The notes: generated from the letters alone by a model not told the origin. 64,000 nucleotides of DNA from Blastocystis sp. Blastoise (GCA_039096225.1 JBBPEB010000020.1:62001-126000), one strand, 5' to 3'; positions 14,245-43,039 are shown, counted from the first letter of the stretch. A program made the numbers and translations.

Positions 14245-15603
14245 ATGAGAGAAATCGTTCATCTTCAAGTTGGTCAATGTGGTAATCAAGTTGGTACTCA
14301 ATTCTGGGAAACCATTTGTCAAGAACACAAAATTGATTATTCTGGTATTCATCAACAACAAGAACATTCTGAAAACTTAAATGTTTATTTTTCACAAGCT
14401 CTTAATGGTAGATATGTTCCTCGTGCTCTTTTAGTTGATTTAGAGCCTGGTACTATGGATGCCATTAGAAACAAACCTATTGGTAAGATGTTCAAGCCAG
14501 ATAATTATATTTATTCTTCTTCTGGTGCTGGTAACAATTGGGCTAAGGGTCATTATACTGAAGGTGCTGAACTTGTTGAAACTGTTATTGATTCTTTAAG
14601 AAAAGAAGCTGAAGCTTGTGAACAACTTCAAGGTTTCCAATTAACTCATTCTCTTGGTGGTGGTACCGGTTCTGGTATGGGTACTTTATTACTTTCTAAG
14701 ATTAAAGAAGAATTCCCTGATCGTATGGTTTTAACTTTCTCCGTTTTCCCTTCTCCTAAGGTTTCTGATACTGTTGTCGAACCTTACAATACTACTCTTT
14801 CTGTTCATCAACTTTTAGAAAACTGTGAAGAAGTTATTGTTTTAGATAATGAAGCTTTATATGATATTTGTAATCGTACTCTTCGTATTAAGACACCTTC
14901 TTATTCTGATATGAATAGTCTTATTTCTAAGACCATGTCTGGTGTTACTTGTTCTCTTCGTTATCCTGGTCAACTTAATAGTGATTTAAGAAAATTAGCT
15001 GTTAATCTTGTTCCTTTCCCTCGTCTTCATTTCTTTATTACTGGTTATGCTCCTCTTTTCTCTTCTAATACTGGCGCTTACAGACAATATACTGTTTCTG
15101 AATTAGCTAACCAACAATTTGATCATAAGAATATGATGTGTGCTTGTGATCCTCGTCGTGGTCTCTATTTAACTGCTTCTTGTATTTTCAGAGGTAAAGT
15201 CGCTACTCGTGATATTGATGAATGTATGAATAGTATTCATCAAAAGAATTCTCAATATTTCGTTGAATGGATTCCTAATAATATTACTACTTCTGTAAAT
15301 AATGTTTCTCCTGCTGATACTCCTATGGCTACTACTTTCTTAGGTAACTGTACTGCTATTCAAGAAGTATTCACCAGAGTTTCTAATCAATTCACTGCTA
15401 TGTACCGTAGAAAGGCTTTCTTACATTGGTTCACTGGTGAAGGTATGGATGAAATGGAATTCTCTGAAGCTGAAAGTAATATGAATGATTTAATTGCTGA
15501 ATATCAACAATATCAAGATGTTCCTTCTGATGAAGGTATGGAAATTAGCGAAGAAAACGCTGAATATGCTCCTGAAGAAGAACAAATTGCTGATCAACAA
15601 TAA
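14245..15603 (+). CDS. TUBB: Beta-tubulin, intronless and divergent
   Basis: [15 protein letters not shown] start, GGGTGSGMG signature, [20 protein letters not shown], acidic tail; strong codon bias (CGT, GGT, TCT). Confidence 0.98.
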   Translation: MREIVHLQVGQCGNQVGTQFWETICQEHKIDYSGIHQQQEHSENLNVYFSQALNGRYVPRALLVDLEPGTMDAIRNKPIGKMFKPDNYIYSSSGAGNNWAKGHYTEGAELVETVIDSLRKEAEACEQLQGFQLTHSLGGGTGSGMGTLLLSKIKEEFPDRMVLTFSVFPSPKVSDTVVEPYNTTLSVHQLLENCEEVIVLDNEALYDICNRTLRIKTPSYSDMNSLISKTMSGVTCSLRYPGQLNSDLRKLAVNLVPFPRLHFFITGYAPLFSSNTGAYRQYTVSELANQQFDHKNMMCACDPRRGLYLTASCIFRGKVATRDIDECMNSIHQKNSQYFVEWIPNNITTSVNNVSPADTPMATTFLGNCTAIQEVFTRVSNQFTAMYRRKAFLHWFTGEGMDEMEFSEAESNMNDLIAEYQQYQDVPSDEGMEISEENAEYAPEEEQIADQQ

Positions 15604-16211
15604 AAATATTAATATATATTAAAAAAGCAAATAAATAATATATATATATATACTTTTATTAAAAAAAAATCAAAAAAAAAATTCATTAGTTTTTATAAAA
15701 TAGAATAGATATATTTCTATTATGTCTGTTTTTTTTTTAATTATCATCATATTTCTTTATCTCTAGTTCACTTCATTTGCACACATATAAATTATATTCA
15801 TTAAACACCTGTTTTTAAATATTAAGGATTTACTATTATATGATCTTTGTTTTTTTTTCTTCTATATATTTTCATATTTCTCATGTTATGTTTTTGTCAT
15901 TCAAATAATGAAAGAAATATTCACACATTGTCTGTCATAAGTAACTATGTATTTCGTTTTACTATTCAATTCTATTTATATATTGATTGATTCTAAAATG
16001 TCAAAGAAGAAATACATATGGATATATATAATGTTTATATAAATAAACAAGAACAAAAAAAAAATAGAACAAAACAAATTCTTATTTAATAAATAATAAT
16101 AAACAAGAGAAACTAAATCATTAAGGACAAAAATAGAAGATTAATATAAATACTAATATATATAAGGTTATTTAAAAAATTATATATATATTAAATATTT
16201 AAATAATTAAA

Positions 16212-16613
16212 TTATTGTTTTCGAGGTGCATCATTTTTTGGTTGTGTATTTTGCCAAAGGCTATTTAACATATACATACATGCTTGATTTGATTCAATCC
16301 ATTCTAAGAACTTGACTTGTTGATAGGGTTGTAATATATCCATAAATCGACTTACCATCTGTTCCATTGCAGATAAATTATCATCAATTGTTTTTTGTAA
16401 ATCATTAAGTAGATTGATTGTAGATCTTACATTACTTCGTTGTTTACGAATAAGTGACTTTGCACTTAATATACTATGTTGTTGAGATGGAGTCATCTAT
16501 ATATATTGTATAATAATAATAATATAATAAATATAATAAATATAATAATAATATAAATATAATAAATACAATAAATATAATAATAATAAATATAATAATA
16601 AATATAATAATAA

Positions 16614-16670
<57 letters not shown>

Positions 16671-16908
16671 TAATAATAAATATAATAATAATAAATATAT
16701 ACTTGCATTTCTCTGCATATAGACATCCAGAATCCATCTCTAGTTTTATCGTTAAGATCATCTAAAGCATTAATTATACCAAATGATTTATCATTATCTT
16801 CTTCATTATACTCTATATCTGTATCTATAGATACTGAAGAAGAAACACAAGATACAGGAGTAGCAGTAGCAGGTGTAGAAGCAGTAGTAGAAGCAGTAGT
16901 GGTAGTTA

Positions 16909-16953
<45 letters not shown>

Positions 16954-16959
16954 CTGATA

Positions 16960-16993
<34 letters not shown>

Positions 16994-17209
16994 TTGTAAT
17001 ATTGATTGATTATGATTTATATCTATATCATTATCTTCAGATATACTTTTATAATTATTATCATGATCATGATTCCCGTGGTTATCTGTGGGTTTATCAG
17101 AGAAAGTAAGTGACCCATTAGTAGAAGGAGTGCTATTTGTGGATTTCACCGAATGCGATTTCGTTAGATCTGTACTAAAGGACCATATTATAAGCTTTGT
17201 TAACTATAG

Positions 17210-17282
<73 letters not shown>

Positions 17283-18406
17283 TATATATATACCTGACTA
17301 GGTAATAGTACACCTTTCAATTGATCCAAATGGAATTTAATACCACGACGTCGTTCTTCACCATAATCTTGCCAAGAACTGTAATATTTCTTTATCAAAT
17401 CCTCTAGCTATATAATAAGTTTCATAATCATAATAATATGGAAACTAAATTTATTTAAATTAAAAAATTAAAAATTATAAAAACACTAAAATAATAATAT
17501 AATAATTATACATATATACTTCTTTATCACTTAAATTATCTTTTGATTTTTTGATTTTTTCGAATTGTGCCAAACGTTCACTTTCACGTCGTTGACTATC
17601 TTTCCCACGTAATAATAAAAACTTCAATTCACTATTCTCCTCTCTTAATCTCTTAGCCTATATATATATATAGATAATAGAATACAATATAATATAAAAT
17701 AAAATAGATTAAAATAAAATAAAATAAAATAAAATATAAAATAAAATAAAAAATAGAATAAAATAAAATAAAAAAAATAAAACACAATAAATATACTTCT
17801 CCTTCCATCATTTCCATTCGTTCTCGTTTTCGTTTTCTACAATTTCGAGCAATTTCTCTGTTCTTTTCTAATCTCATCAGACGTTTCTGTTCTGATGTAG
17901 TGTTATCATTTCCAAGAATAGAGAAATTATCATTCATGCTGGAGTAATTGACAGAATCATTACTTGTCATAATAGATGGAGACATAGGCATAACAGGAGG
18001 ACTTGCAAAAGTACTATTCAAAGATGAATTCGTATTCAATCCTGAATTCTATATAATAAAAACACAAATAAAGCATACATTTATAATCAAATAAGAAAAA
18101 AAACATAAATATATATAGAATAACTTTTAATTTATATTCAAAAAAATATTATAAAAAACTTACTATAGAATTCTCACTCTTATTAACTACAGAAGATTCT
18201 TGTTTAGGTAATTGAGATAAATCAAGTTGAGATTTATTATTTAATAATACGTCACGAAGATTATTTGTTGCTGAACTATCACCAGTTCCAAAGAAATCTG
18301 AACTTAATAAAATCCAAGAGAGAACATCATTATCTATCGAAGATATAGAACCATTTTCTTTGTTCCCTCCTGCAATAAACTGAAGAATATTATCGAAATT
18401 TGACAT
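16212..18406 (-). CDS. bZIP transcription factor with a helical C-terminal region, 6 exons
   Basis: Basic region KRLMRLEKNREIARNCRKRKRERMEMMEGE|AKRLREENSELK. C-terminal LLPSQ|LTKLIIW and ILQPYQQVKFLEW motifs; poly-Asn linker. All introns GT-AG. Confidence 0.88.
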
Positions 18407-18647
18407 TAATTCTTGAAAATTAAAAACAAATGATTATTAATTGTACTTCACACGATTCTGTTTACTCTATAATTCAAAAGAATTCTGAAACACGAATCAA
18501 TATAAAGAATTCTATACTTGAATCTATTCTTCCAGAAAAAGTCTTATTCAATGTGTCTAAAACAAGCTGAACTCTGATGAATATACTGAATCCTGATTAT
18601 CAGTCTTACTTTGCTTTTAAGTCACTTTTTTTTCTTTGAAAAACTAG

Positions 18648-18735
18648 CAACCAATCATTTGTAGCAAAATTTATTTATATTTCTTTGATTGGCAGATTAT
18701 ATCACATCATTCTCTTTTGATTATGACATCGTCAA
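18648..18735. promoter_or_regulatory. Candidate promoter elements upstream of the bZIP gene: two opposed CCAAT boxes and a TGAC..GTCA site
   Basis: AACCAATCA near 18649, TGATTGGC near 18686 and ATGACATCGTCA near 18723, 250-330 bp upstream of the ATG. Confidence 0.35.
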
Positions 18736-19226
18736 ATGGAAATGATTATTTGAAACTACTTTTAAAATTATATTATTTTTGAAAAAATCATTCATTTTTT
18801 TCATATTTTTCAAGTATATAAATAAAACAGACTAATAAATATACATTGAAAGTATGACAAGAGTACTTTTTAAATATTTCTGGAAAGTAATTTTCACGAA
18901 TTATTTTTAAACCTGCTATATAAATAGAATTCAACTATTGAAAAAATAAATCTAAAATATGATTAAAAAAATAATTAGTGATACTATTCAAATAGATACA
19001 AAGAAAATAAAAAAAAAAAAGTCAGATAATAGAACAACAAAAAAGAAGAAGAAGAATCGACTAAAGACTAGAAATAATTTAAAATAAGAAAACAAAAAAT
19101 GAAAAAAAAATGAAAAAATAAATCACAGAAAAAGAAGTTTAGATTGAAATGAATTCTATATAAAGAACGAAAATAAAGAAAGAAATGCTGAAAAACAATG
19201 AAAAAATAGTATATATATATAATTGA

Positions 19227-25137
<5,911 letters not shown>

Positions 25138-25754
25138 TTTTGCCACGAAAACTTCAATTAATGTTTTTGGTTTTTTTAATAAGTTTCAAATTGAACTTCT
25201 ACTGTTGTTATATTCTAATACACACTTGAACTTTTTAATGAATAAATAAATTAGAAGAAAAAATAAATAATTAATGTGCACTTTTTATTTCATTTCTTTT
25301 GACACAATATTATTTTTTAACTATGTCTTATTAAATAATCATGGGAATCCTCGTGTCAAATAAAAAAATGAAAATTGATAATTGTTCCAAAATGATAGAA
25401 ATGACAGTTTTAAAATATTTGAATTTAAATTATATTAGTTTGTGATAGATTCGAATTAAGGATAGAAAATAAAAGATAATATAGTTCCATCTGAATAGGA
25501 GTAGAAGTTTGATGGAAAGTAATTAAATAAAATAGATTATTTTAAGAAAAATAAAAGTAATGGAGAAATAAAGGGTGAGAAAAATGATGAAAATGATTTA
25601 TTTGACTGTGAGAATACAATCATACTAGACAATGAATAACGAACAATACAAAGTATATAATAACAAAAAAAATAAAGTAAAAAATAACATAGAACAAATA
25701 GAATGAACAAATGGGATATAATACTAGACCATAAAGAATAAACTAAAATCTACA

Positions 25755-26325
25755 TTAAAGAGGGACCATCTTATGATTTCTCTTAGTATTCGATCGAACC
25801 TTTTTGTGTGTGTGAACAAGATGTTGAGTTGAATTTGATGATTCTTCTTTCTTAATTTCAGGTTTAATTATAATTTCTTCTTTAGGTTTTCTCCATTGTT
25901 CTAATGCATCTTCATGAATATCCTTAGCATCTGAACGAATAAATAAAGCAACAAAGAAACCTTGTTTTAATTCACTATCGATGTTACAACGAACACAACA
26001 GTTCGATTGATCTTCAGTCAAACCATCACAGGACTATATATATAATTGTCATATTATAAATTATTCATATCATTTTCATATTATAAAATAGATAATTAAT
26101 GATAAAAAAATAATAATAATAAAAAGAGATTTATATAAACTATATCTTTATATATATATACAACTCCCCTAGTATTCCAAGAAGGAAGAGCCACAGCCAA
26201 TTTCCATCGTTCTACACCATCATGTGTCTCTATATCATATGCTAATGCATCACGAACTACTTTCTCATTCTCTTCTTTCATTATAGAACAAGTAGAATAA
26301 CTATATATATAGTATTGATAATAAG

Positions 26326-26419
<94 letters not shown>

Positions 26420-26423
26420 TACA

Positions 26424-26485
<62 letters not shown>

Positions 26486-26632
26486 TATACGTAATTCTCT
26501 CTACGTTGGGGAATTCAAAGGCATGAGTAAGAGCGTGTAATTGAAAAGAAGACAGTTTCTTGAGACGATCTGTTGATGGCATCTTGGTATCCTATAGAGT
26601 AATAATAATATATATAATATATAATATATAAC

Positions 26633-26678
<46 letters not shown>

Positions 26679-26816
26679 CTATATATATACAAGAATATTA
26701 TTTGTCATTCCAGTACCAGAGCATGAGGGATCTAACAGAATAGCACGTGCTTCATTGAAAATAGGATTCTTCTCGTCGATTTGAAGAAAATCTTGATTTA
26801 AGCAAGTAACCTAGAA

Positions 26817-26862
<46 letters not shown>

Positions 26863-28144
26863 TATACGTTATTTGCTTTCATTTGTGTGACTCTAGATTG
26901 TAATAATTCATAACGGCTCTTATCTTTATCACATGCATATACTTTACCTCTATATATAATAATAATAATAATAATATATTATTATTATTATTAAAATAAA
27001 TAAAATATATTTGAAAAAAAAATTTCATGAAAATATCCATATATATATATACCTCTTTCCTAAAATAGCAGCACAATGAGTGGTTTTATTTCCAGGAGCA
27101 GCACAAGCATCGATAACCGAATAATCGCGGGAATCCTTAGGTAATTCACCTAATAAGATATTCGCAGGAAAACAGGAAGGTTTGCTCTATATAATATATA
27201 TAATACATATAATACATTTAATATATATAATATAATATATATTATATAATACATATACCTAGCATAAACAATAATAATAACGTTATATATATACTTGAAT
27301 GACAAGAGATCCTTTTGTGACTAGTTCATGATCATGTATATCTAGAGTAGAAGGAATATTAATTAGATTAGGTATATCCTTATCTTCTTTTATATCCTTA
27401 GAAAGCTCTATATATATATATATAATAATACTATTTTTATATAAATAAAAGAAAAATAATAAAAATATAATAAAAATAATGAATAAAACATAATATTGCA
27501 TAAAATAGAATTGAAATAATAATAAAAAACAATATAAAACAACATAAATAATAATTAAATAAAATATAACAACATAAATAATAAATACTTTTAAGTTCTT
27601 TGATAGCATCAGCTTTTGTTGTAGAACAAGTATTAATACGAACAAAACGAGGTATCTAGATCTTCATAAATAAATACAATAATCATAAATTACTTGTGTA
27701 TGATCATTTGCAGCAGTAATAACACTTTCAACTTTTTTATCCATATCACCACGTTTAGTTGTCTTTAATCTTTCGAGAATATCTCGTATCTCCTTATCGT
27801 TCTCTTTAATGATCTTAGCTAACTTACCACCACCAGATATCTTTTTACCAAAGAGATGATCATATAACATAACAAAAAGAAGAGCTCTAGAAGAAATCTT
27901 CTGCTTAGAAAGAGACGATTGATAATAAATAGCATTCAAAACATCGGTAGCTTTCAATGTTTTATAAGCTAATGCATAAAGCTTTGTCTATAGAATATGT
28001 ATATTGATAAAGAAAGGAACTGATGAACATGAAAAAAAATACTTTGTTATCAAATTCGTTTGAGAAAGTCAAAGTCTTTAAAGAACCATTCTTATCCCAA
28101 AACTTTTGAATAATCTTAGCAGCATTATTATACACGAGAGACAT
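25755..28144 (-). CDS. NSUN5: LSU rRNA m5C methyltransferase NSUN5/Rcm1
   Basis: IPRFVRINT, VIQSKPSCFPA, IDACAAPGNKTTH, ILLDPSCSGTG, TYSTCSIMKEENEKVV and GFFVALF; the N-terminal LYDHLFGKKISGGG is typical of NSUN5. Confidence 0.92.
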
Positions 28145-28205
28145 TTATTCACTTTTCTATATAAATATGTATTTGTATGGTTTCTTCAAACAACAACAAA
28201 AAAAA

Positions 28206-28251
28206 AAATATCTGTCAAACGCGTATTGTTTTTTTCTCAAACGCGTATTTT
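28206..28251. repeat. Left arm of a 46-bp inverted repeat with two TCAAACGCGTAT units
   Basis: AAATATCTGTCAAACGCGTATTGTTTTTTTCTCAAACGCGTATTTT is the reverse complement of 30956-31001 with one mismatch. Confidence 0.95.
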
Positions 28252-30955
28252 CTCAAGATTATTTTCTAAAATAAAAGAATAACTGTGATATTTTTTTCTT
28301 AGCTATATAACTTTTTATGTCAAGCTTCAGTGCTATTACACACAACATATGATTAAATATTTCATTAGTGCCTTATGAAGAAGAAAAATAAGAGTCAAAT
28401 TGTATTCATTTCAAGGGTGTACTCTGTCAAACTTTGTTAGGTCATTCTGATTTCGTAAATACACATAGAGAATGAGTTCTGACATAATCTTGTCGACAAA
28501 TAAGTCTTTGAAACTGTCTTCTAGGTCGTGATACTGAACTTCATATTCTTTGTTTGTTTTAATTTATTATGATTTACTTTCTACAGAGTACTTTAAATAT
28601 ATTGTAATGACTTAAAAGCTAAATATATGAGATAAAATTTTGAATGGGTTGAAATCCCTATTATAAATAATCAGATTCTTCTCAAATTGATTTCAACTAT
28701 TGTACTATGATTAAATGATTGAACTAATTAATAAAATAAATAAAACAATAAATATATTTGTCATGTCATAATTCTATTTTTCAGGTTTCTGTCTTTTATT
28801 TCAGACAGTCATATTTTTATTTTTAGGTTGCATATGACGTGAATATTTTTCATAATAATTTTTGTAGATTATAAAATATTTTATAATTATTAGAATTGTA
28901 AATGATTAACTTCCAATATCATCAAACTAAAAATAATTATATTTTCTTGAGTACCAAATACTTTTGACTACAACAATAAGCAAAAAACATAAAAATTAGT
29001 TCTTCATAGTTTATTAACACTAAACAGAAAATTTGATTTATTATGGATTTGCAAGCGTCTAGTTTCACCAAATTGATTTATTTATAATTTTAATTTATAG
29101 TTATAAGATATATGTTATGTGAACTTTAATATTATGTTAATAAATATCTTTTTAATATTTTCCTTATGGAGAAAAATAATCATTTTCAATTGACGTTAAA
29201 GTGTTTTTCTAAAAAAGGGTTGTTACACTTAGTGATAGTTCTTGATAATTATTGAATTAAAAACAAAAAAAATATATTCTTATATATTTAACACTCTCTT
29301 ATATAAATATTCAAATGATATTTTAAAAAACAAATAATTCTTACTGGTATAAAGAAAGCTGCTAAAAGAAAGAAAAAGCCAAAAAAAAAATGATTTTTTT
29401 CTGTTATTAATTAATGTCAGGTTACCTATCTCTTCATGTAGATTGGGAACAGTTTATATATATTAAATTAGTACAATGTTAAGTATCTCTATTTAGTAAA
29501 ATATAGATTTATATATAAATATTTTAATATTTATTAACACAAAAGAAATTATATGTATATGGCTTTTTGAGTTTTTTACACTTTTTTCTTTTTTCCCATA
29601 TTGAAAAATAGAAATTCAAAAGTATGTGCAGTTTCAAACTGTTTATATGCTTGCTATTACATTATGATAGTGAAAATTCTAGAATCAATACATTATGATA
29701 CAACACAATGAAATGCATTTTTTTCATACTTTTTGACAATAAAGTAATATAAATTATAAATAAATTTCAGAATTTTAAATTATTTAAAAATGATAGATAT
29801 TCGACTATAGTTGCAAAAAATATAATAAAGAGAAATAAACACATAAAGAAAACATATATATATTTGACATAATATACATTTTTTAAAAACTCGTTTTAGG
29901 GTATTGTTATCATGCCCTTGAATCAATAAATATTTCATTAATTGTTTTCAAGGTTTATATATATAATATAGATTGATAGATGCATAATATACCAAAATTT
30001 CAATACTCTGTGACTTATTATTAACCGTCAAAATATCATAGTTAGTTAGTGTTTTTATGAAAAACAATAAAAAATGTAAAAAAAAATAAAATCCTCTTTT
30101 TGAAACACTAAATTTAATTTCAAATATTTTAATATAAATAATATAAATAAGCACGGCTTATATTTTATACATATATAAAAATAGAAACTAGTTAATCATT
30201 CTATGAACTTCAGTAATCAGGAATATTCATGGAGTAAAGGAATGAGTGTGAAATTTTTTGTTGTCTTTTTCATTATTCTTAATTTTTATTATATGTTTAT
30301 ACATAGATATTATTTTATAAATAACTTGACATATTATTTCTTTAACTAATTTATTTTATGAGTAGGATTGTTAACTCAATATATAAAACTATAAAAAACA
30401 GTTGTTAATTGTGTGTCTAAAGGTAGTGTATTTCTTAATGTTAAGTGATTATTTTATCATTTATATTAGTCTTGATTTAGGGTTGATTATAATATCCAAC
30501 AAATAATGATTTTTAATGATAATAATATGAGAATTAGCACTAAATTATTGATAAGATATTACTAATTTTTAAGATAGATACGTTAACAATAATTGCAGAC
30601 GATATAGACCTCATTTATGTTGTAATAGACTAATTTTGAAAGAACATTATTCAAGTGATATTTGCTCAAACTCATTTGAGTGAAAATTATTTGTATATTC
30701 TTGAAGATAAACATATTCTTATATATTTTTTAGATTAACTCTTTTTAATAAGTCGCTCTTGTCATTAAAAAAGTTGGTACTATAAAATAAGACGAGCAAC
30801 TTTGTGTACTGATTTTTCATTGTGTATTATGTGTATACACTTCATATTTATGAAGTAGTCTCTGATAGATTAGAAAAGAGTTTATGCAAAAAATTATTTA
30901 AAAAAAATAAATATCAACTGAGTTCAACCAAAAACAAAATATACACAAAAACATA

Positions 30956-31001
30956 AAAATACGCGTTTGAGAAAAAAACGATACGCGTTTGACAGATATT
31001 T
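30956..31001. repeat. Right arm of the 46-bp inverted repeat
   Basis: AAAATACGCGTTTGAGAAAAAAACGATACGCGTTTGACAGATATTT, 45/46 identical to the reverse complement of 28206-28251. Confidence 0.95.
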
Positions 31002-31278
31002 CCATGGAAAAAGTTGTGAGTCTTTTTTTTCATTTTTTTCTTTTTGAAACTAACAAATACATATTTACGTATATAGAATTCATAGGAAATAGCAAAAGTA
31101 AGAGAGATGAATAAAAATGGAGTTTTAAGAATAATATAAAAAACAATAATTGCTATTCTGTTGAAGATACTTCATTTAAAAACGACCCACGTAAAAGAGA
31201 AAAATAGAGAAAAATGGAAAACAGGCAGATAAAAACATTTTGGTGAATGTATTTCACTAGATTCAATTTTAAAGAAAT

Positions 31279-33552
31279 CTATTTAGAAATGAATTGCTTT
31301 TGGAGGGATATAAAATCTTTATAATTAACATTCTCCTGTAATTCAGAAGCTGACGACTAGTAAGATAAAGAGAAAAATAGAATTATGGATTGATTAGAGT
31401 AATTATGTATATATAGAAATATATATATGAGATATATGTACATAGAATAAATCAGGAGCTGCTGTTTTTGATGTAACTAAAAATAAATAGAAATTATCAT
31501 CAATTTTTGAACTAAATATCATCTTTTTGAATATATCATCGTATAATGAAAATCTATATATATAAATTAATCATTATATCTATAAATATATGAATTAAAG
31601 TTATAATCTATTTGAAATTAATAAATAAATAATAATAAAAAATATGTTTATATAACAAACTATAAAAATAATAAAAAAAGTTATAAATAATATAAATAAT
31701 AATAATAATATATATATACCTTTTATTATTAGAAGATTCGATGTCTTTAACAATCATACAAATAGTAGGCCAATAAGGTTTATCTTGAATATCTGTAATT
31801 GATGGGTATATATATGTATATATCCATTGGGATAAACCCAAAGGGTATGATATATCTTCTCCACTGTAGAAATAACCACGGGAATTATATGAAAATAAAG
31901 AAAATAAATTGAATAAGTTATTATTATTATATATTTGAGAAAAAGAAATAATAAAATATAATATGTAAAATTTATATCTATGTATATATATGTACATAAT
32001 ATCATTCATAGAAAAACAAGGAGATCCATATATAGCTTGTTCTTTTGTATATAATTTATTACTTTTCAATATAAATAATACAGTATCTTTATCATTATCT
32101 ATAAATAAATAAATATAAATATAAAAATAAATATAAAAATAAATATAAACAAAAATATAAATAAATAAATACATAAGTAAACAAAAAGATAAATATATAT
32201 ACATATAGGATTTGAATAGAGTTGAATAAGTTTTTCAGCTACTTTTGGAACATGATGATTTTCATCCTGATTCAGCATTGATCTGAAAAAAGAATAAAAG
32301 AATAAATAAAAATGATTTTTAATAATATGAATTAATTGTAATAAAATTTGAAAAAGAGGTGGAGAAATAAATGTATTCATTTGTATTGATAACCTATATA
32401 TAGAAAACACCTAATAATAATATATATAATTAATATAAAAATAACTAATATAAATAGAATTAATATAAAAAAAACTAATATAAATAGAATTAATATAAAA
32501 ATAACTAATATAAATAGGATTAATATAAAAATAACTAATATAAATAGAATTAATATAAAAATAACTAATATAAATAGAATTAAATAATATATATATATAT
32601 ACTTTTCTAATGCATTTAACGAAGTGATTGCCATAGGATAAGAATATAAACAAACAGAAGAATGATAAAATATAACATGATATAACACATGTAATGTTAT
32701 ATAATTACGTTCTGCTAATTCCTATAAATATATATATATATATACTATGAACTATTAAGAGTATATATGAATAAATATATGATTATATATATCAACATAT
32801 TCTTATCTTATATTATTTTTACATTTTTATATTATACTATCTTAAATATCATTTATAAAACATACTTTATAAAGATCTTCAATAGTAGAAAGTTCTTTTA
32901 GAAGTTCTACAAGTTGATTAAAATCATGAAAATAACGCATATAAAAGGAAGTAATTGAATGATTCATATTTGTAGAAATATCAATATTTATCGTATTCCA
33001 CCAATCACTCTTAAAACTATCGTTTATAAAGAATTTCAATAGTTGATATATATATAATGAAGACTATATAATTAGAAAAAAAAATATATATCTTTCATTA
33101 GTGGAAAAAAAAACAAAACGTATACTTTCCAAATAATCTGATAGGACGATAGATCGGATTTCGGAATCTAGATTATATATTATATAATTAATTAACATAT
33201 ATACGTTCTCAATAGTATCTTCTTCAGCGCTTTCATTCACGAGACTCAACGTATATATCCTATTTATCAGATACAAATAACAAGAATGACGATGTTATAT
33301 CATACATACTTTTTCTGAATATTAAGAAGTGACGAATATCGTACTAAACATAAAAAATGTCAACAAATTTGATTTATTAAAGATAAATAGTATAAATATA
33401 AAAATACGAGATTCCTCTAGTGACGTTTCAGACACTATTATATCACGAGCCTAGAATAAAAAATGATTTGAAATTACATTCTTGGTAAATACTTTTTCAT
33501 ATTCGCATGCAAGGAGATAATCAACATATTTCTTTAAAAACGAAGAGTCCAT
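31279..33552 (-). CDS. Probable KICSTOR subunit 2 (C12orf66/DUF2003)-like protein, multi-exon
   Basis: Splices fully in frame with GT-AG. Segments FLKKYVDYLLACEYEKARD, SLLNIQKKIYTLSLV, PPLFQILLQLIHIIKNHFYLFF and YWPTICMIV resemble C12orf66 segments in the same order (from recall, not searched). Confidence 0.5.
32431..32585. repeat. Intronic 30-bp minisatellite, 5 copies
   Basis: Unit TAATATAAAAATAACTAATATAAATAGAAT. Confidence 0.92.
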
Positions 33553-34430
33553 TTTACATATAAATAAGTAAAACACAAAAGAAAACAGTTGATTATAATT
33601 CTATAAAGAAACCGTGAAAAGTCTATTTTTTTGTTATTTCACTAGTAAAATAACCACGGATACAATAATTTGGAAGAAAAATAAAAAAATTAAAGTTAAT
33701 GCCCTTAAAGGCGAACACAGTTCCTGCTGTTACTGTTGTGTTTCTCCTTTAAGTAAAACTCATTTATTTATGGGAATATTTTTTTCTCTTCAGGAAAATG
33801 ACAGTAGTTTCGTGATTCCAGATGAAATGATTTTATTGGTATTTGAGGAAATACTATGGGAGATTCAGCTTTGTAATTGGTTAAAAAATTCATAAAAAAA
33901 AGTAAAATGTCCTCAAAAAGAAATCAGAATATTTTTCATGAATACTATTCAGGGTGTGCCAAAACTGCGCTTTTAGCGCAAAGTGCGCTTATTGATGCTA
34001 TTTTTGCGCTTAAACGATTATTTTACATTTTCTCTCTGATTATTTATTTTTTTCACTTGAAAATAGTTCGGTTTTGTGTAGCACGTCAAGATAAGCTCAA
34101 AAACAATGTCTTTGAAAAAATACCGACGGTTTTTAAGAAAATTATACTTGTTTTTTTATTTTTTTAGTGATTTTTTAATTATTTTTTGACTGATTCTTCA
34201 GTGTTTTTTTGTAAAAACTGGCTCTTTTTGCGCTTTTTTTCCCCATTTCCCGCTGAAAGAGGTCCTGCCTGATGACCCCTGATACTATTCATTTCTCTCT
34301 GTATTTTTAAATAAAAACAAAAGAGTCAGTCTTTTCGTTTTTCCTTTTAACTATTTTCTTCTTTTTTATGAAGACTCATATCCATTTCTTAGAATTGTTA
34401 GTTTCTTTCATTAATTAAAATATTGATAAT

Positions 34431-43039
<8,609 letters not shown>

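Noticed and set aside
28252-30955. Autonomous DNA transposon between the inverted repeats
   Set aside because: No transposase-like ORF or remnant and no clear target-site duplication were seen.
34250-34285. Hammerhead ribozyme or TPP riboswitch suggested by GAAA..GTC..CTGATGA
   Set aside because: The required stems cannot be formed and the conserved core is incomplete.
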